Below are positions 31,315 to 41,317 of a stretch of 64,000 nt of DNA, in pieces (the stretch's first letter is position 1; the number at the start of each line of letters is the position of its first letter). The stretch spans positions 1,536,001-1,600,000 of the forward strand of contig OY762897.2 in assembly GCA_963666515.2 (NCBI GenBank), read 5' to 3'. The translations under genes and the position numbers were made by a program. The stretch comes from Candidatus Binatia bacterium. GTDB taxonomy: Bacteria > Desulfobacterota > Binatia > UBA9968 > JAJDTQ01. The notes beneath the pieces are model-generated. The model ran no database searches, was not told where the DNA came from, and saw only the letters and a list, made by a program, of their open reading frames with translations.

Positions 31315-32016
31315 TCATGGCTGCCGGAGGGACTCTCCTCCGAGTCTCTCAAGTCGCTCAATCCATCTTTTGAAGTGAGGACACTGCGAGCGAATGCTCT
31401 CCAAGCCAATAAGCTCGGCCATCTGTGGGCCCACTGTTGGCTTCAAGGGATCGTACTCGGGGAATTGCTCGATGATTCTTTTTGATGGGGCCGTATGTTG
31501 CCCGTCGTCGATCTCTTCCGGAGACTGGACATCTCCAACGATCTTACGCAAAGCCACGATTCCGTAATTTGCTTTGTCAAAGAATAAGGCCAACCGGGAT
31601 ACGTCGGAGAACAGGTATGCCTCGAACTCGTGCAACTGGATGAACGGGATGAAGCGGTTATCCCCGGTCTCATCAAGCCACGACTTCTCAAGGGTTTCCA
31701 CCCGCTTGTAGGGGTCCATGCGGAGCCTTTCGGCTTCTTTGAGGCCGGGGAAATTCGCATGCAAGGCGTAAAGATCAATCATGGTGGTGAAGAACACGTC
31801 CCTCCCCGAATCCTCCTTGAGACGGCGGGTGATGTCGTTCTGCATCGCCGTGAAATTTCTTCCTCCTCCCCGATGAATCCTTCCTTTCTTTCGGGCATGC
31901 GCGATCAACACCGGCTTTTGCATGTAGACGCCGAAGTGCGCCAAATGGGGCTTCAAGACGGTATCCGCGAACGTCTGTTCTGTTTGACCTTCAACGAAGA
32001 AGTGGAGACGGGCCAT
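31315..32016 (-). CDS. DUF4276 family (TOPRIM-like) protein
   Basis: FVEGQTE, TTMIDLY, QLHEFEAYLF, PEEIDDG, PSKRI and CPHFKRW motifs. Confidence 0.85.
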   Translation of the reverse strand: MARLHFFVEGQTEQTFADTVLKPHLAHFGVYMQKPVLIAHARKKGRIHRGGGRNFTAMQNDITRRLKEDSGRDVFFTTMIDLYALHANFPGLKEAERLRMDPYKRVETLEKSWLDETGDNRFIPFIQLHEFEAYLFSDVSRLALFFDKANYGIVALRKIVGDVQSPEEIDDGQHTAPSKRIIEQFPEYDPLKPTVGPQMAELIGLESIRSQCPHFKRWIERLERLGGESLRQP

Positions 32017-33122
32017 TAGCGAGGCCCCGCGCCGATGACGTTCTTCTCCCAGATCTCGCCGAGCGAATACTCATCCAGCCATGCGTCAAGCTTGTCGGCG
32101 TCTGGTCTGTAGAACTCCGTAGCTTCACCGTTTCGCTCGACAACGACGATGTCCTCTGGTGCAAAACTGTCGAGAAACGCACTGGACTGCGTGCTGACGA
32201 GAACTTGAGCGTGATGGCTTGCGGCTCGAAACAGCGAAGCAATCAGATTGAGCGCATACGGATGCAATCCGAGCTCCGGTTCGTCCACCACGATCAGGCA
32301 AGGGAGTGCTTCCTTGGGTTGCAACAGGAGTGAAATCAGGCAGATGGCACGCAGCGTACCGTCCGAGAGCTGATGGGGACCGAAAACGAGATCGGAACTC
32401 CTGTGGCGCCAGTTGAGGACAATGTCTCTGTCGGCCGGTCCGGTCGGCTCCAGTTCGAAGTCTTCGAAGAACGGCGCCGCCTGCCGGACCGTCGCGACGA
32501 TCCGGCGATACACCGCTTCCTTGCAGGACTTCAGCTCATACAATATCGCCGCCAGGTTCGCCGCGTCGGGCATGAGCCAGCGATTGTCGCCGACGTAGCA
32601 ATACTGCCGGACTCTCGCGGTCGGCGAAGTATCGTGGAAGTGGTAGACCCGGCAGTGATTCAGCAAATACCTCAGCGTTTTCGCCGTAATGTCGCCTTCC
32701 TCCGCTTTATCTCCGATCCGTGTTTCCTGATGGCCGCTCCCCAACGGCACCTCCTTGGGTTCCGTATATCCCGTCTGATGGAAGAAGAGTTGCTCGTTGG
32801 CAAAGATCAGGGAGTCCCCAGCGGCGTGGAACAGTCTCATCCGGTAGGTGTCCGTCCCGTTATCAACCTCGAACTCCATTTCCGCTTCCAGTTGAAGCGT
32901 CGTCCTCGGACCGAAGTGCAGATTGCCTGTAGCGCGTCCGGTGGTTCCGATATGTTGCTGAAGCCGTCCAGCCATCAGTTCGTTCACCAACTTGAAGAAG
33001 GCAATGAGATTGCTCTTCCCGGCCCCGTTGGCGCCGATCAGGACATTGAGCGGTCGGAGTTCCAGACCCATCTCCTTGATGGATCGAAAGCCCTTGATCT
33101 GGATTCTCTTCAGGCTCGACAT
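32016..33122 (-). CDS. AAA_21/ABC-type ATPase
   Basis: Walker A GANGAGKS, signature LSDGT, Walker B VVDEPE, STQS; TAATG coupling to the DUF4276 gene. Confidence 0.9.
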   Translation of the reverse strand: MSSLKRIQIKGFRSIKEMGLELRPLNVLIGANGAGKSNLIAFFKLVNELMAGRLQQHIGTTGRATGNLHFGPRTTLQLEAEMEFEVDNGTDTYRMRLFHAAGDSLIFANEQLFFHQTGYTEPKEVPLGSGHQETRIGDKAEEGDITAKTLRYLLNHCRVYHFHDTSPTARVRQYCYVGDNRWLMPDAANLAAILYELKSCKEAVYRRIVATVRQAAPFFEDFELEPTGPADRDIVLNWRHRSSDLVFGPHQLSDGTLRAICLISLLLQPKEALPCLIVVDEPELGLHPYALNLIASLFRAASHHAQVLVSTQSSAFLDSFAPEDIVVVERNGEATEFYRPDADKLDAWLDEYSLGEIWEKNVIGAGPR

Positions 33123-33254
33123 GGTCCATTCTCCTCACCTACCCCGGAGCTCCTGTGACGATGCATCAAGCACCTGCATCATCACCCCATCTTTACCATA
33201 CTGCTGCATAAAGACCACGAAGTCGGGATGTTATGGGACCGGAGAGCCCTTCAC

Positions 33255-33307
33255 CCGACATCGCACTGATTCCCGATGTCGGATTACGCTTTGCTAATCC
33301 GACCTGC
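33255..33307. repeat. REP-like palindrome
   Basis: GTCGGATTA..TAATCCGAC hairpin at 33278-33303, plus CCGACATCG/CGATGTCGG inverted pair at 33255-33282. Confidence 0.65.
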
Positions 33308-33325
33308 GCTGGAAATGGGCTCTGG

Positions 33326-34273
33326 TTAGTGGCCCGCCACGTCTTCCAGGTCCGCTACAAAGTCCCTGAACGCCTCCTCCATCGTGTACCGCGGCTCCCA
33401 TCCGAGAAGGTTCCTGGCCGTGGAGCAGTCCAAGGGCTGCTTCACCTGCAGCGGGGGCAGCGGACCGGGCAGGATTTCGACTTCCAGAGTTGGCAGAACT
33501 CGTTTGATCGCGGCGATCAACTCCTCAAAGGTCAGCACTTCGCCGCTGCCGATGTTGAAGTGCGTCTGGGCCGGCAGCGGGATGGTGGCGGCGATGTCGA
33601 CGGCGCGGCCCACGTCCTTGGCGTAGACGTACTCGAAGTCCGTAGTCAGGGGCCGGGGCACGCGCGCCACCTCGCCACGCAGGGCGCATTGCACGAGGGT
33701 TTGAATGAGCCGGCCGCCGGAGGAGCCGCCGTGGAAATTGCCGAGCCCGTAGAGCTTCGCCAGCCGCAGAGCGATCACCTCGAAGCCGTACAGGCCCTGG
33801 TAGGCCTCCACCATCAGCTCCTTGGCCACCTTGGTGTTGTCGTAGAGTCTGCCGTTCCCGCGCGGAAAATCCTCGCGCAACGGCGCCGGACAGTCACGGC
33901 GCTGGTCGTAGACGCTGAGCGAGCTGATGAGCACGAGACGCCGCACACCGGCCAGCCTCACGGCTTCCAGGACGTTGATCGTCCCCATCACGTTGATGTT
34001 GACTCCAGTGTAGGGGGCTTCCGCGACCTTGTTGCCGATCAAACCGGCGGTGTGCACCACGGTGTCCACGCGGTGCTTCGTCATGGCGTGAAGCAGCGCG
34101 GGCAGGTCGAGGATGTCGCCCTGGACGAACTCGACGTCCGCGCCTGGAAGTCTGCTCCCGATGAAGTCGCCCAGGGGCTGCGCGTCATAGAAGACCAGCG
34201 GGACATCCCTTCGCACGGCGAACTGGGCGAAGGAGGTCCCCACCAGTCCCGCACCGGTGATGAGCGTGGTCAG
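33326..34273 (-). CDS. NAD-dependent epimerase/dehydratase, probable CTG start
   Basis: TTLITGAGLVG Rossmann motif begins at CTG 34273; HTAG and YDNTK motifs; paralog of the gene at 26911. Confidence 0.85.
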   Translation of the reverse strand: MTTLITGAGLVGTSFAQFAVRRDVPLVFYDAQPLGDFIGSRLPGADVEFVQGDILDLPALLHAMTKHRVDTVVHTAGLIGNKVAEAPYTGVNINVMGTINVLEAVRLAGVRRLVLISSLSVYDQRRDCPAPLREDFPRGNGRLYDNTKVAKELMVEAYQGLYGFEVIALRLAKLYGLGNFHGGSSGGRLIQTLVQCALRGEVARVPRPLTTDFEYVYAKDVGRAVDIAATIPLPAQTHFNIGSGEVLTFEELIAAIKRVLPTLEVEILPGPLPPLQVKQPLDCSTARNLLGWEPRYTMEEAFRDFVADLEDVAGH

Positions 34274-35652
34274 CGGTCGTCTCCGTTCCCGGAGAGGAAA
34301 TAGCCGCCCGTTATCGCATCATGCCAAGTCTTGGCGACGCCCGGCGCCACGCCGAGGGGGAGGTCCACCTCCGGCGTCCAGTAGGAGTGGACACCGGCCT
34401 GGAAGTGCATGAGCGCGGTCTTGGGGGCCGGCTCCATGCGAGCGTACATGGGCATCACCATGGTGCGATAGGCGTCGGCGGCGTGATCGCGGCTGTCCTT
34501 GGTGACGCAGAACAGGACCGGCGGAACCGGTTTGACACCGGCTCCCTGGAGTTCGCGGCCGTAGCTCAGGTACTGCTTCACCAGCGCCTCGGTGCCGGCC
34601 TGATCAAGGCCCAGGCGGCCTGCGGTGACCCGGGCGGCCTCCTCCAGCGACGGCTCGATGTTGGTGCTGACGATGTACTCGCACTTGAACTGGGGCTGGT
34701 CCTTGGCGGCATCCCAGGCCTCCATCACCTCCTCGATCACCATCGGCAGCCGCATGAGTGCCACGGGGCCGTCCTGCCCCAGCTTCTCCGGGCCGATGTA
34801 GCGCGCCTTGTCGCGCCAGGTGCGGACGTACAGCTCGTAGAACGGGTCCACCCGGCTGGTCTCGGTGACTCGCCGTTCGTAGTCGCCGATGGCGCCCAGG
34901 GAGCCCTGTTCCGCGAGCTTGGCTTCGTTGATGTAGCCGAAGGCCGAGTTCTCCACCGCCATGACACCTGCGATGTTGGGCACCCGCTGGGACAGCATGA
35001 AGACGAACGGGCCGCCGGTGGAGTGGCCGTGCACGTAGACGGAGTACTTCCCGTCCGGCAGGTTCCGCGCCATCACCTGCTTGCCGCCCTCCTCGAAGGC
35101 CGCCGGCCAGCCCGCCAGCCGGTGCCAGAAGGTGGTGCCGGGCCTGGCATGGAGCACGGTGCGGGTGCCGTAGCGCTCGCGGAGGGAGCTGTCCTTCACC
35201 ACCTCGTACTGGTCCGGGGTGATGTGCTCGCCGGTGAGCCACATGGGCGTGCGGATGGTTCCGTCCGGGTTGATGGTGTCGCCGGGCCAGTTGCGCGACG
35301 GGTCGTCCAGGTAGAGACGGCCCGGATAGGTCATGGCGGCGACCTTGAAGCCAAACTTGCCGGCCAGGAGCCGGGCCACCGGCGCCATGGTCTTGAAGTC
35401 GCCGTCGCCCCCCGACAGCAGATAGGCCCCCGCCTTGCGGCCGTCGGCTCCCACGACGATCTTCGCGGGGTCCTCCGGCTCGTATATCTGTGCGCCCACG
35501 TCCCAGTCCATGCCAACCGCCCGGATGCGGACCAGGTCCTCGTATTCCTTCAGCGAGATGTCCGGCATCGCCAGCACCGCGCGGGAGTCCGCGAGGCACT
35601 GCTCCCGCGACACCTCCGTGGGAGGAGTCCACACCGCGAATCGATCTATCAT
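34270..35652 (-). CDS. Hypothetical protein, possible alpha/beta-hydrolase fold
   Basis: 460 aa with host-like codon usage; GHSTGG nucleophile-elbow motif and a C-terminal GVH. Confidence 0.65.
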   Translation of the reverse strand: MIDRFAVWTPPTEVSREQCLADSRAVLAMPDISLKEYEDLVRIRAVGMDWDVGAQIYEPEDPAKIVVGADGRKAGAYLLSGGDGDFKTMAPVARLLAGKFGFKVAAMTYPGRLYLDDPSRNWPGDTINPDGTIRTPMWLTGEHITPDQYEVVKDSSLRERYGTRTVLHARPGTTFWHRLAGWPAAFEEGGKQVMARNLPDGKYSVYVHGHSTGGPFVFMLSQRVPNIAGVMAVENSAFGYINEAKLAEQGSLGAIGDYERRVTETSRVDPFYELYVRTWRDKARYIGPEKLGQDGPVALMRLPMVIEEVMEAWDAAKDQPQFKCEYIVSTNIEPSLEEAARVTAGRLGLDQAGTEALVKQYLSYGRELQGAGVKPVPPVLFCVTKDSRDHAADAYRTMVMPMYARMEPAPKTALMHFQAGVHSYWTPEVDLPLGVAPGVAKTWHDAITGGYFLSGNGDDR

Positions 35653-35995
35653 GTGCTTCTCCTATCCAGGTAGCATTGACTGTCAGCGGGCGTGCAGCAA
35701 CCGCCAGGATTACCAAGCGAACAACGGAGAGGGCGAACCAGTCTCAGCAGTGCCGCTCGATGTACTTAAGCGGTTCCTCGTGATCGAGCACACGTATACC
35801 ACCCGCTACGCGGCCATGAACGACCACGCGATTGCCGACATTTGTGAAGAGAAATTCTCACACCCGTTCCACTGCGACCAAACAAGATGACTTAACCCCA
35901 GTGGAAGTCCACAGCGTCGGGTTCAACCATGCATTCCAGCGTTCGCCAAAGGAAACCGCGACACCGGCGTCAAGGCTACATCCTTTCGCACGCAA

Positions 35996-37291
35996 CTACC
36001 CTTTCTGTTTCGATGACAACTTCTTCGAGATTTCGATGAGCTGCTCGGACAATTCCAGATTGTCAAGTGGAAGAAGTTCCGGTGTGGTGATCTCGGACAT
36101 CCTTGCGAATTCTGCCAGCGCCTTTGATGTAATATCTGTCACGTCCCCTAGAAGTTTCAGTGTGTCGAATGTGTTACGGGCCGCCTGCACGTCTTCGTGA
36201 GCTTGGCGCAACAGGTCCCCTGTTGTTCCACGGTGTTCTTTCAACCACTCTCGGTAAAGAGCCATTGCTCGACCTGTCTTGCGAAGGAGTCGAATGTTGT
36301 TCTCCACGGCCGCGCGGTTCTCATCTCCGGTCATTTTGGCAAGAATGCCTTCGCTGTCTCGAAGCGTCTCTTGTCTCCTGCCTTCCAGCTCATCCAAACC
36401 GCTTAGGTACACGGAGTCGTAGTTCTCGAGATGCCTTGCATGAAGTCGCTCCACGATGAGTCGGACAACGAACGCATATCCGTAATACTGCAAGAGTACC
36501 TCTGGTGGTGTTTCTCGTTCAATAGAGTTCCGAATGTGCTCCTCAACTCTGACAAGCACTTTGGCAACTACAACTCCCTCCACGAGTTCGGCCCCGTTGA
36601 TCTGATACAGCAAGGCTTTCACCTCTGATAGCTCAAGCGTTTGACCGAACTCTTTCTTCAGGAGTTTACGAAAGCGCTCAAAGAGTTCATCGCGTGTTCG
36701 CTCCTGCTCATCGATTTGCGCGAGCAGGTCCCGCATTTGCTCACCGGGGTCCTTGTCAATCCAATTGAGCATACGTCCCACAAGGCCCGGCCTGTCAGAA
36801 GGTCGCAGCGCATCGAGTTTCTGTTCGGTTTCCAACTTTGATTTCTCCGCATTCAATCGGTCGAGGCTTGTGTCGATCTCCTGCAGGTTTTCTCGTTCAC
36901 TGAGATAGCTGTCGGGAAGCAGGATCGAAAGTGCATCGTCGAGATAGTCGTTGAGGTCCTCTTGATATGACTCCTTGTCCCAAATCACGAACATGCCCGA
37001 ATCGGGCGCCTTATCCCTCTTCTGAATCGTTTCTTGAATTGACGGAAGCTCGTCCTCCATGTGGCGAATAAGCTGAAAAGCGTGAGAGTCCCAGAGTGCA
37101 GTTTGAGAATAAAGGGGAATTGGACTGAGGAGCGCGATTGGCGAAATTAACCCAACTAGAAGAAGCGAAACAATCAACTGCTTGCCCTGCTCCAGACTCC
37201 AAACTGGCTCCCGGCGAAACTCGGGGCAAACCAACAGCTTGGGAAATCCGTGCATTCGTTCCCGATTTGTCATCTTCCTTTCCTTCTTCAA
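35996..37291 (-). CDS. Hypothetical exported or membrane-anchored coiled-coil protein
   Basis: 431-aa AT-richer ORF with an N-terminal hydrophobic stretch and an E/L/K/R-rich helical body. Confidence 0.7.
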   Translation of the reverse strand: MKKERKMTNRERMHGFPKLLVCPEFRREPVWSLEQGKQLIVSLLLVGLISPIALLSPIPLYSQTALWDSHAFQLIRHMEDELPSIQETIQKRDKAPDSGMFVIWDKESYQEDLNDYLDDALSILLPDSYLSERENLQEIDTSLDRLNAEKSKLETEQKLDALRPSDRPGLVGRMLNWIDKDPGEQMRDLLAQIDEQERTRDELFERFRKLLKKEFGQTLELSEVKALLYQINGAELVEGVVVAKVLVRVEEHIRNSIERETPPEVLLQYYGYAFVVRLIVERLHARHLENYDSVYLSGLDELEGRRQETLRDSEGILAKMTGDENRAAVENNIRLLRKTGRAMALYREWLKEHRGTTGDLLRQAHEDVQAARNTFDTLKLLGDVTDITSKALAEFARMSEITTPELLPLDNLELSEQLIEISKKLSSKQKG

Positions 37292-37462
37292 TTTGCGCCC
37301 CTGTCTAAGCTAGCGCTAGCTAGCATTCGGCAAATCCACTTGGTCCCAGTGGGTGCTATCCGCATGCGCGACCAAACGCGGTCAGCGAAGAACTACGCTG
37401 CGTTCGTCCGTTACAGGCGACAGAATTTCCAGCAGCTTTCGATGTATGCCACCCCTGACCGA

Positions 37463-38602
37463 CTACTCCACCCCGTACAGCCTAGCGCAGTTGGTCCAGA
37501 GTATCTTCTCCAGGGACTCCTTCCTGAGGCCCGGCAACGAGGTGAAGGTGGAGACCGCCTCGGGCCAGCGGGAGTCGATGTGGGGGTAGTCGGTGGAGAA
37601 AACGATGTTGTCATCGCCCAGGTAGTCGATGACGTTGACCACCAGGCCCTCGTCCACGTCCGCGGAGATGAAGCACTGCTCGCGGAAGTACTCGCTGGGC
37701 TTCTTGCGCAGCGGAATCTCGGCCATGGCCCCCTGAAGCTCGCAGTACTCGTCCAGGCGGTACATGAGCCACGGCAGCCAACTGCAGTTGCCCTCCAGAA
37801 AGGCCACACGCAGCTTGGGGAAGCGCTCCAGCACGCCGCCGGCGCAGAAGGCGCTGACCGCCAGGATCAGTTCCACGGGATTGCGTAGCGGGTTGACCAG
37901 CAGCTCTTCGTTGGGGTGTCCTTCGAACCGCCGCGACACCTGCACCTGGTTGGGCCGGGCCGGCGGATGGAAGCAGATGGGCACGTCCAGATCTATGGCT
38001 TCCGCCCACAGGGGGTCGAACTCCCGGTCGTGGATATGGCGCCCATTGATGGGCTCCGGACAGAGGGACAACCCGATGGCGCCCAGCTCCTTCACCGACC
38101 GCCGGGCCTCCCGGACCGCCAGATCCACGTCGTGCAGCGTGATCAGCGCCGAGCCCTTGAGCCGCGCCGGATCGGCGCTGCAGAAGTCGTGCATCCACTC
38201 GTTCCAGGCCTTGCAGAGGTCATTGGCGTACTCGGGCTCGAAGTCCTCGTTGGTGTGCAGCGGCGAGGTGCGAAACTGAACGGCCACGTCCAGCCCCTCC
38301 TCGTCCATGGCTTCGATCTGCGACAGGTTGTTGTAGTTCTGGCTGGCGGGCCGGACATACGCCTCCTTCTGGCGTTTCTCGTGGAAGCTCACGACCTTGC
38401 CCGGGGTCCGGATGGGGCTGCCGTCGCCCAGCACATACCGGGTCATGCCGTGCCGGGTGAGCCCCTTTCCCTCGCGCTCCTCGCGGGGGGCTCCGCGGGG
38501 AATGCGGTCTCCCCACTTGGGGTTCATGTAGTTGAGGTAGAGGTCATGGGGCTCGAACACGTGCATGTCGCTGTCGAGTATCCTCAGGCCGTCTCTCGTC
38601 AT
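37463..38602 (-). CDS. Amidohydrolase family protein (Amidohydro_2)
   Basis: DSDMH, CFHP, FLEGN and STDYPH motifs. Confidence 0.93.
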   Translation of the reverse strand: MTRDGLRILDSDMHVFEPHDLYLNYMNPKWGDRIPRGAPREEREGKGLTRHGMTRYVLGDGSPIRTPGKVVSFHEKRQKEAYVRPASQNYNNLSQIEAMDEEGLDVAVQFRTSPLHTNEDFEPEYANDLCKAWNEWMHDFCSADPARLKGSALITLHDVDLAVREARRSVKELGAIGLSLCPEPINGRHIHDREFDPLWAEAIDLDVPICFHPPARPNQVQVSRRFEGHPNEELLVNPLRNPVELILAVSAFCAGGVLERFPKLRVAFLEGNCSWLPWLMYRLDEYCELQGAMAEIPLRKKPSEYFREQCFISADVDEGLVVNVIDYLGDDNIVFSTDYPHIDSRWPEAVSTFTSLPGLRKESLEKILWTNCARLYGVE

Positions 38603-38632
38603 GGGATCCCTCCGTCTTCCGGGCAGGCCGTC

Positions 38633-39910
38633 TCAGCCCCGGTCCGCCTCATCGTTGGCATAGGCCTCGGCCAGGAAATCCGCGGTATGCATGACGCGGA
38701 TGGCCGAGCCCCGCTCCCGGAGCGCCGCGCGGATCTGGATAATGCAACCCGGGTTCCCGGTCACCAGCACATCGGCCCCCGTGGCCATTACGTTCCCGGC
38801 CTTTCGTGCCGCCAGCCTTCCCGCCAACTCCGGTTCCGTCAAATTGTAGCTGCCGGCGCTGCCGCAACAGACATCGGCCTCGTGGAGGTCCACCCACTCG
38901 ACGCCCGGGATGTCCTTGAGCAGCCGCCGCGGCTCCGCCTGAACGCCCTGTCCGTTCAACAGGTGGCACGCGTCATGGTAGGCCACCTTCACGTTCATGT
39001 GCCTCCTGGGCGCGAAATCGGGGAGCCCGTGGAAGAACTCTGACACATCCCGCACCTTGGCGGCAACGCGTTCGGCAGCCGGCCGGAGCACGGGATCGTC
39101 CCTGAAAAGCTCGCCGTACTCCCGCATGGCCGCGCCGCAGCCCGCCGCGTTGGTCAGCACGGCGTCGAGGTCCGGGGAATCGAAGGCCGCGATGGTCCGG
39201 CGCGCCAGTTCCAGGCCCCGCTCCCGGTCGCCGTTGTGCAGCAACAGCGCGCCGCAGCACCCGGCACCCGCCGGCGCCCGGACCTCGCAGCCGTGCCGGG
39301 ACAACAGCCGGACGGTGCTCGCGTGGGTGCCACCGAACAGGCTCTGCATCACGCAACCGGCCAGTAGGCCCACGCAGTGGCGGATCTCACCCCGCGCCGG
39401 GGTGCGTTCGGGAAGGCGCACCGACCGGAAGGTTGCCTCCCCTTCGGGCAGATAACGCAGCAGCCCGCGGACCGGTGCCGGGACCATGCCGGAACGGGCC
39501 AGGCGGTGGAGGCCCAGCCGGGTCATGCAACGCACGGCCCAGCCGAACATGCGCATGATGACCGGGTTGGGAAACGTCCGGTTCACCACCCAGCGCTTGG
39601 CGCGGTCCCGCCAGCCGCGGCGGTGCCGGGACTCGATGAAATGACGCGCCCCTTCGATGAGCGCGCCGTAGCGCACCCCGGAGGGGCACGTGGTCTCGCA
39701 CGCCCGGCAGCCGAGACAGCGGTCCAGGTGCCTGACGCTCACGTCGTCCAGCGGCACCGTCCCCTGGTCGATGGAACGCATGAGCTGAATCCGCCCCCGG
39801 GGCGAGTCCATCTCCGTCCCCAGCTCGAGGAACGTGGGACAGGACGCGACGCACAGCCCGCAGTGAACGCAGTTCCCGGAGCTTTCAAAATCGGCAACTT
39901 GTAGATTCAT
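38633..39910 (-). CDS. glcF: Glycolate oxidase iron-sulfur subunit
   Basis: Two CxxCxxCxxxCP motifs and CCG domains (GCCG, YHDACH, CCGSAG). Confidence 0.92.
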   Translation of the reverse strand: MNLQVADFESSGNCVHCGLCVASCPTFLELGTEMDSPRGRIQLMRSIDQGTVPLDDVSVRHLDRCLGCRACETTCPSGVRYGALIEGARHFIESRHRRGWRDRAKRWVVNRTFPNPVIMRMFGWAVRCMTRLGLHRLARSGMVPAPVRGLLRYLPEGEATFRSVRLPERTPARGEIRHCVGLLAGCVMQSLFGGTHASTVRLLSRHGCEVRAPAGAGCCGALLLHNGDRERGLELARRTIAAFDSPDLDAVLTNAAGCGAAMREYGELFRDDPVLRPAAERVAAKVRDVSEFFHGLPDFAPRRHMNVKVAYHDACHLLNGQGVQAEPRRLLKDIPGVEWVDLHEADVCCGSAGSYNLTEPELAGRLAARKAGNVMATGADVLVTGNPGCIIQIRAALRERGSAIRVMHTADFLAEAYANDEADRG

Positions 39911-39930
39911 TCCTCGATCGCCACTACAGG

Positions 39931-41277
39931 TTATTCGATGCCGTCAACGAACCGTCCCGGCGACAGGATACCCTTGGGATCGAGGGTCTGCTTGATGCGT
40001 TTCATCAAGGGCAACGCCTCGATGCCCCCGCCCCAGAGGTCCAGTCCCGGCTTGATCTCCGGGGCGGCCTGCTCCACCACCAGGGTGCCGCCCAGCCGTG
40101 CGGCCTCACGGCGCAAGCGGTCCACCACGGCCCGCGCCGACGCTTGCGGCCCGGGATCATCGGGGCGCTCAACCCGCACGTGGATGATGCCGTTGCCGGC
40201 ATGGGCCTGGACGGCCATCGCCAGTCCGACGGTCCTGCCCTCGCCCTCCAGAGCCGCCACGAAGGCCGACACCCTGGTGGGCAGGACGCTGACCTTGAGC
40301 CCAAGAAAAGCCTCGCCCACCGCCCGTGAATCCCTCAACTCCACAATCGCCGCATGTGCCTCATCTTCAGCCAAGTGCTCGATCCGGTCACCGGCCTCGG
40401 CCAACGCCGTCAGCGTCGCCGACTGGGCGGCCACGTCCTCCGTCGCGCCGGCGAGCCCCACCACGACTACGCAGCCGGAACCGTCCGCCGGAAGACGCGT
40501 CACCAGTTCGATACAGGAAGGCTCCAGCGGCGCCTTGAGAATCCGTTCCAACAGCGCCTGCGCACGCGCCACGTCGCCGCAGGTCATACGGACCGCGGCC
40601 CTGGCCTCGGGCGACGTGCGCAGCTTGAAGGTGGCCTCAACGATGACGCCCAGGGTGCCCAGGGAGCCGCAATAGAGCTTACCCAGGTCGTAGCCGGCGA
40701 CGTTCTTCACCACCCGGCCGCCGCTCCTGGCCACCGAACCGTCCGCCCTCACCACAGTGACCCCGATGAGCAGGTCCCGGACGGTTCCCTGCGAGAACCG
40801 CGACGGGCCGCTCAGGTTGGCGCCGATGAGCCCGCCCACGCTGGTGGCTGCGGGCAGCGGCGGGTCCACCGGCAGCCACTGGCCGCTGCCTGCCGCGGCG
40901 GCCTGAACCGCTGTCACGCTCATGCCGGTCTGCGCCGTCAGGGTCATGTTGGCCGGCTGGTGCTCCACCAGCGCGTCCAGGGACGCCAGCGACAGCGCCA
41001 GGAACGGCCGGCACGGCGCCGCGCCCAGCCCCAGATGCGCGCCGAATCCCACGGGCACCACCGCCAGTCCCCTTGAGTGCGCGGCCGCCATGATCCGGCT
41101 GACCTGCGGCACCGACGCCGGGCAGACCACCCGCTCGGGCCGCACGCCGTCGATGGCGAACCGGGCGAAGTCGGCGGCCGTGCCCGCGGCGGGAACGTCC
41201 GGGGACTGCCGCAGGTCTTCGTCGAATCCGGACCAGTCCGGCGCCGTGGGGGCTTCCTGCTCTGGACGGGCTGCCAA
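39931..41277 (-). CDS. glcE: Glycolate oxidase FAD-binding subunit
   Basis: GGRVVKNVAGYDLGKL, GSLGTLG and DPKGILSPGR motifs; position within the glc operon. Confidence 0.88.
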   Translation of the reverse strand: MAARPEQEAPTAPDWSGFDEDLRQSPDVPAAGTAADFARFAIDGVRPERVVCPASVPQVSRIMAAAHSRGLAVVPVGFGAHLGLGAAPCRPFLALSLASLDALVEHQPANMTLTAQTGMSVTAVQAAAAGSGQWLPVDPPLPAATSVGGLIGANLSGPSRFSQGTVRDLLIGVTVVRADGSVARSGGRVVKNVAGYDLGKLYCGSLGTLGVIVEATFKLRTSPEARAAVRMTCGDVARAQALLERILKAPLEPSCIELVTRLPADGSGCVVVVGLAGATEDVAAQSATLTALAEAGDRIEHLAEDEAHAAIVELRDSRAVGEAFLGLKVSVLPTRVSAFVAALEGEGRTVGLAMAVQAHAGNGIIHVRVERPDDPGPQASARAVVDRLRREAARLGGTLVVEQAAPEIKPGLDLWGGGIEALPLMKRIKQTLDPKGILSPGRFVDGIE

Positions 41278-41317
41278 ATGAATCCTCGTGACCGGTTGGG
41301 GGTACGGGACCCGGCCC

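Noticed and set aside
35740-35990. Minus-strand fragment EFLFTNVGNRVVVHGRVAGGIRVLDHEEPLKYIERHC
   Set aside because: No start codon or RBS and no identifiable homology; possible gene relic only.
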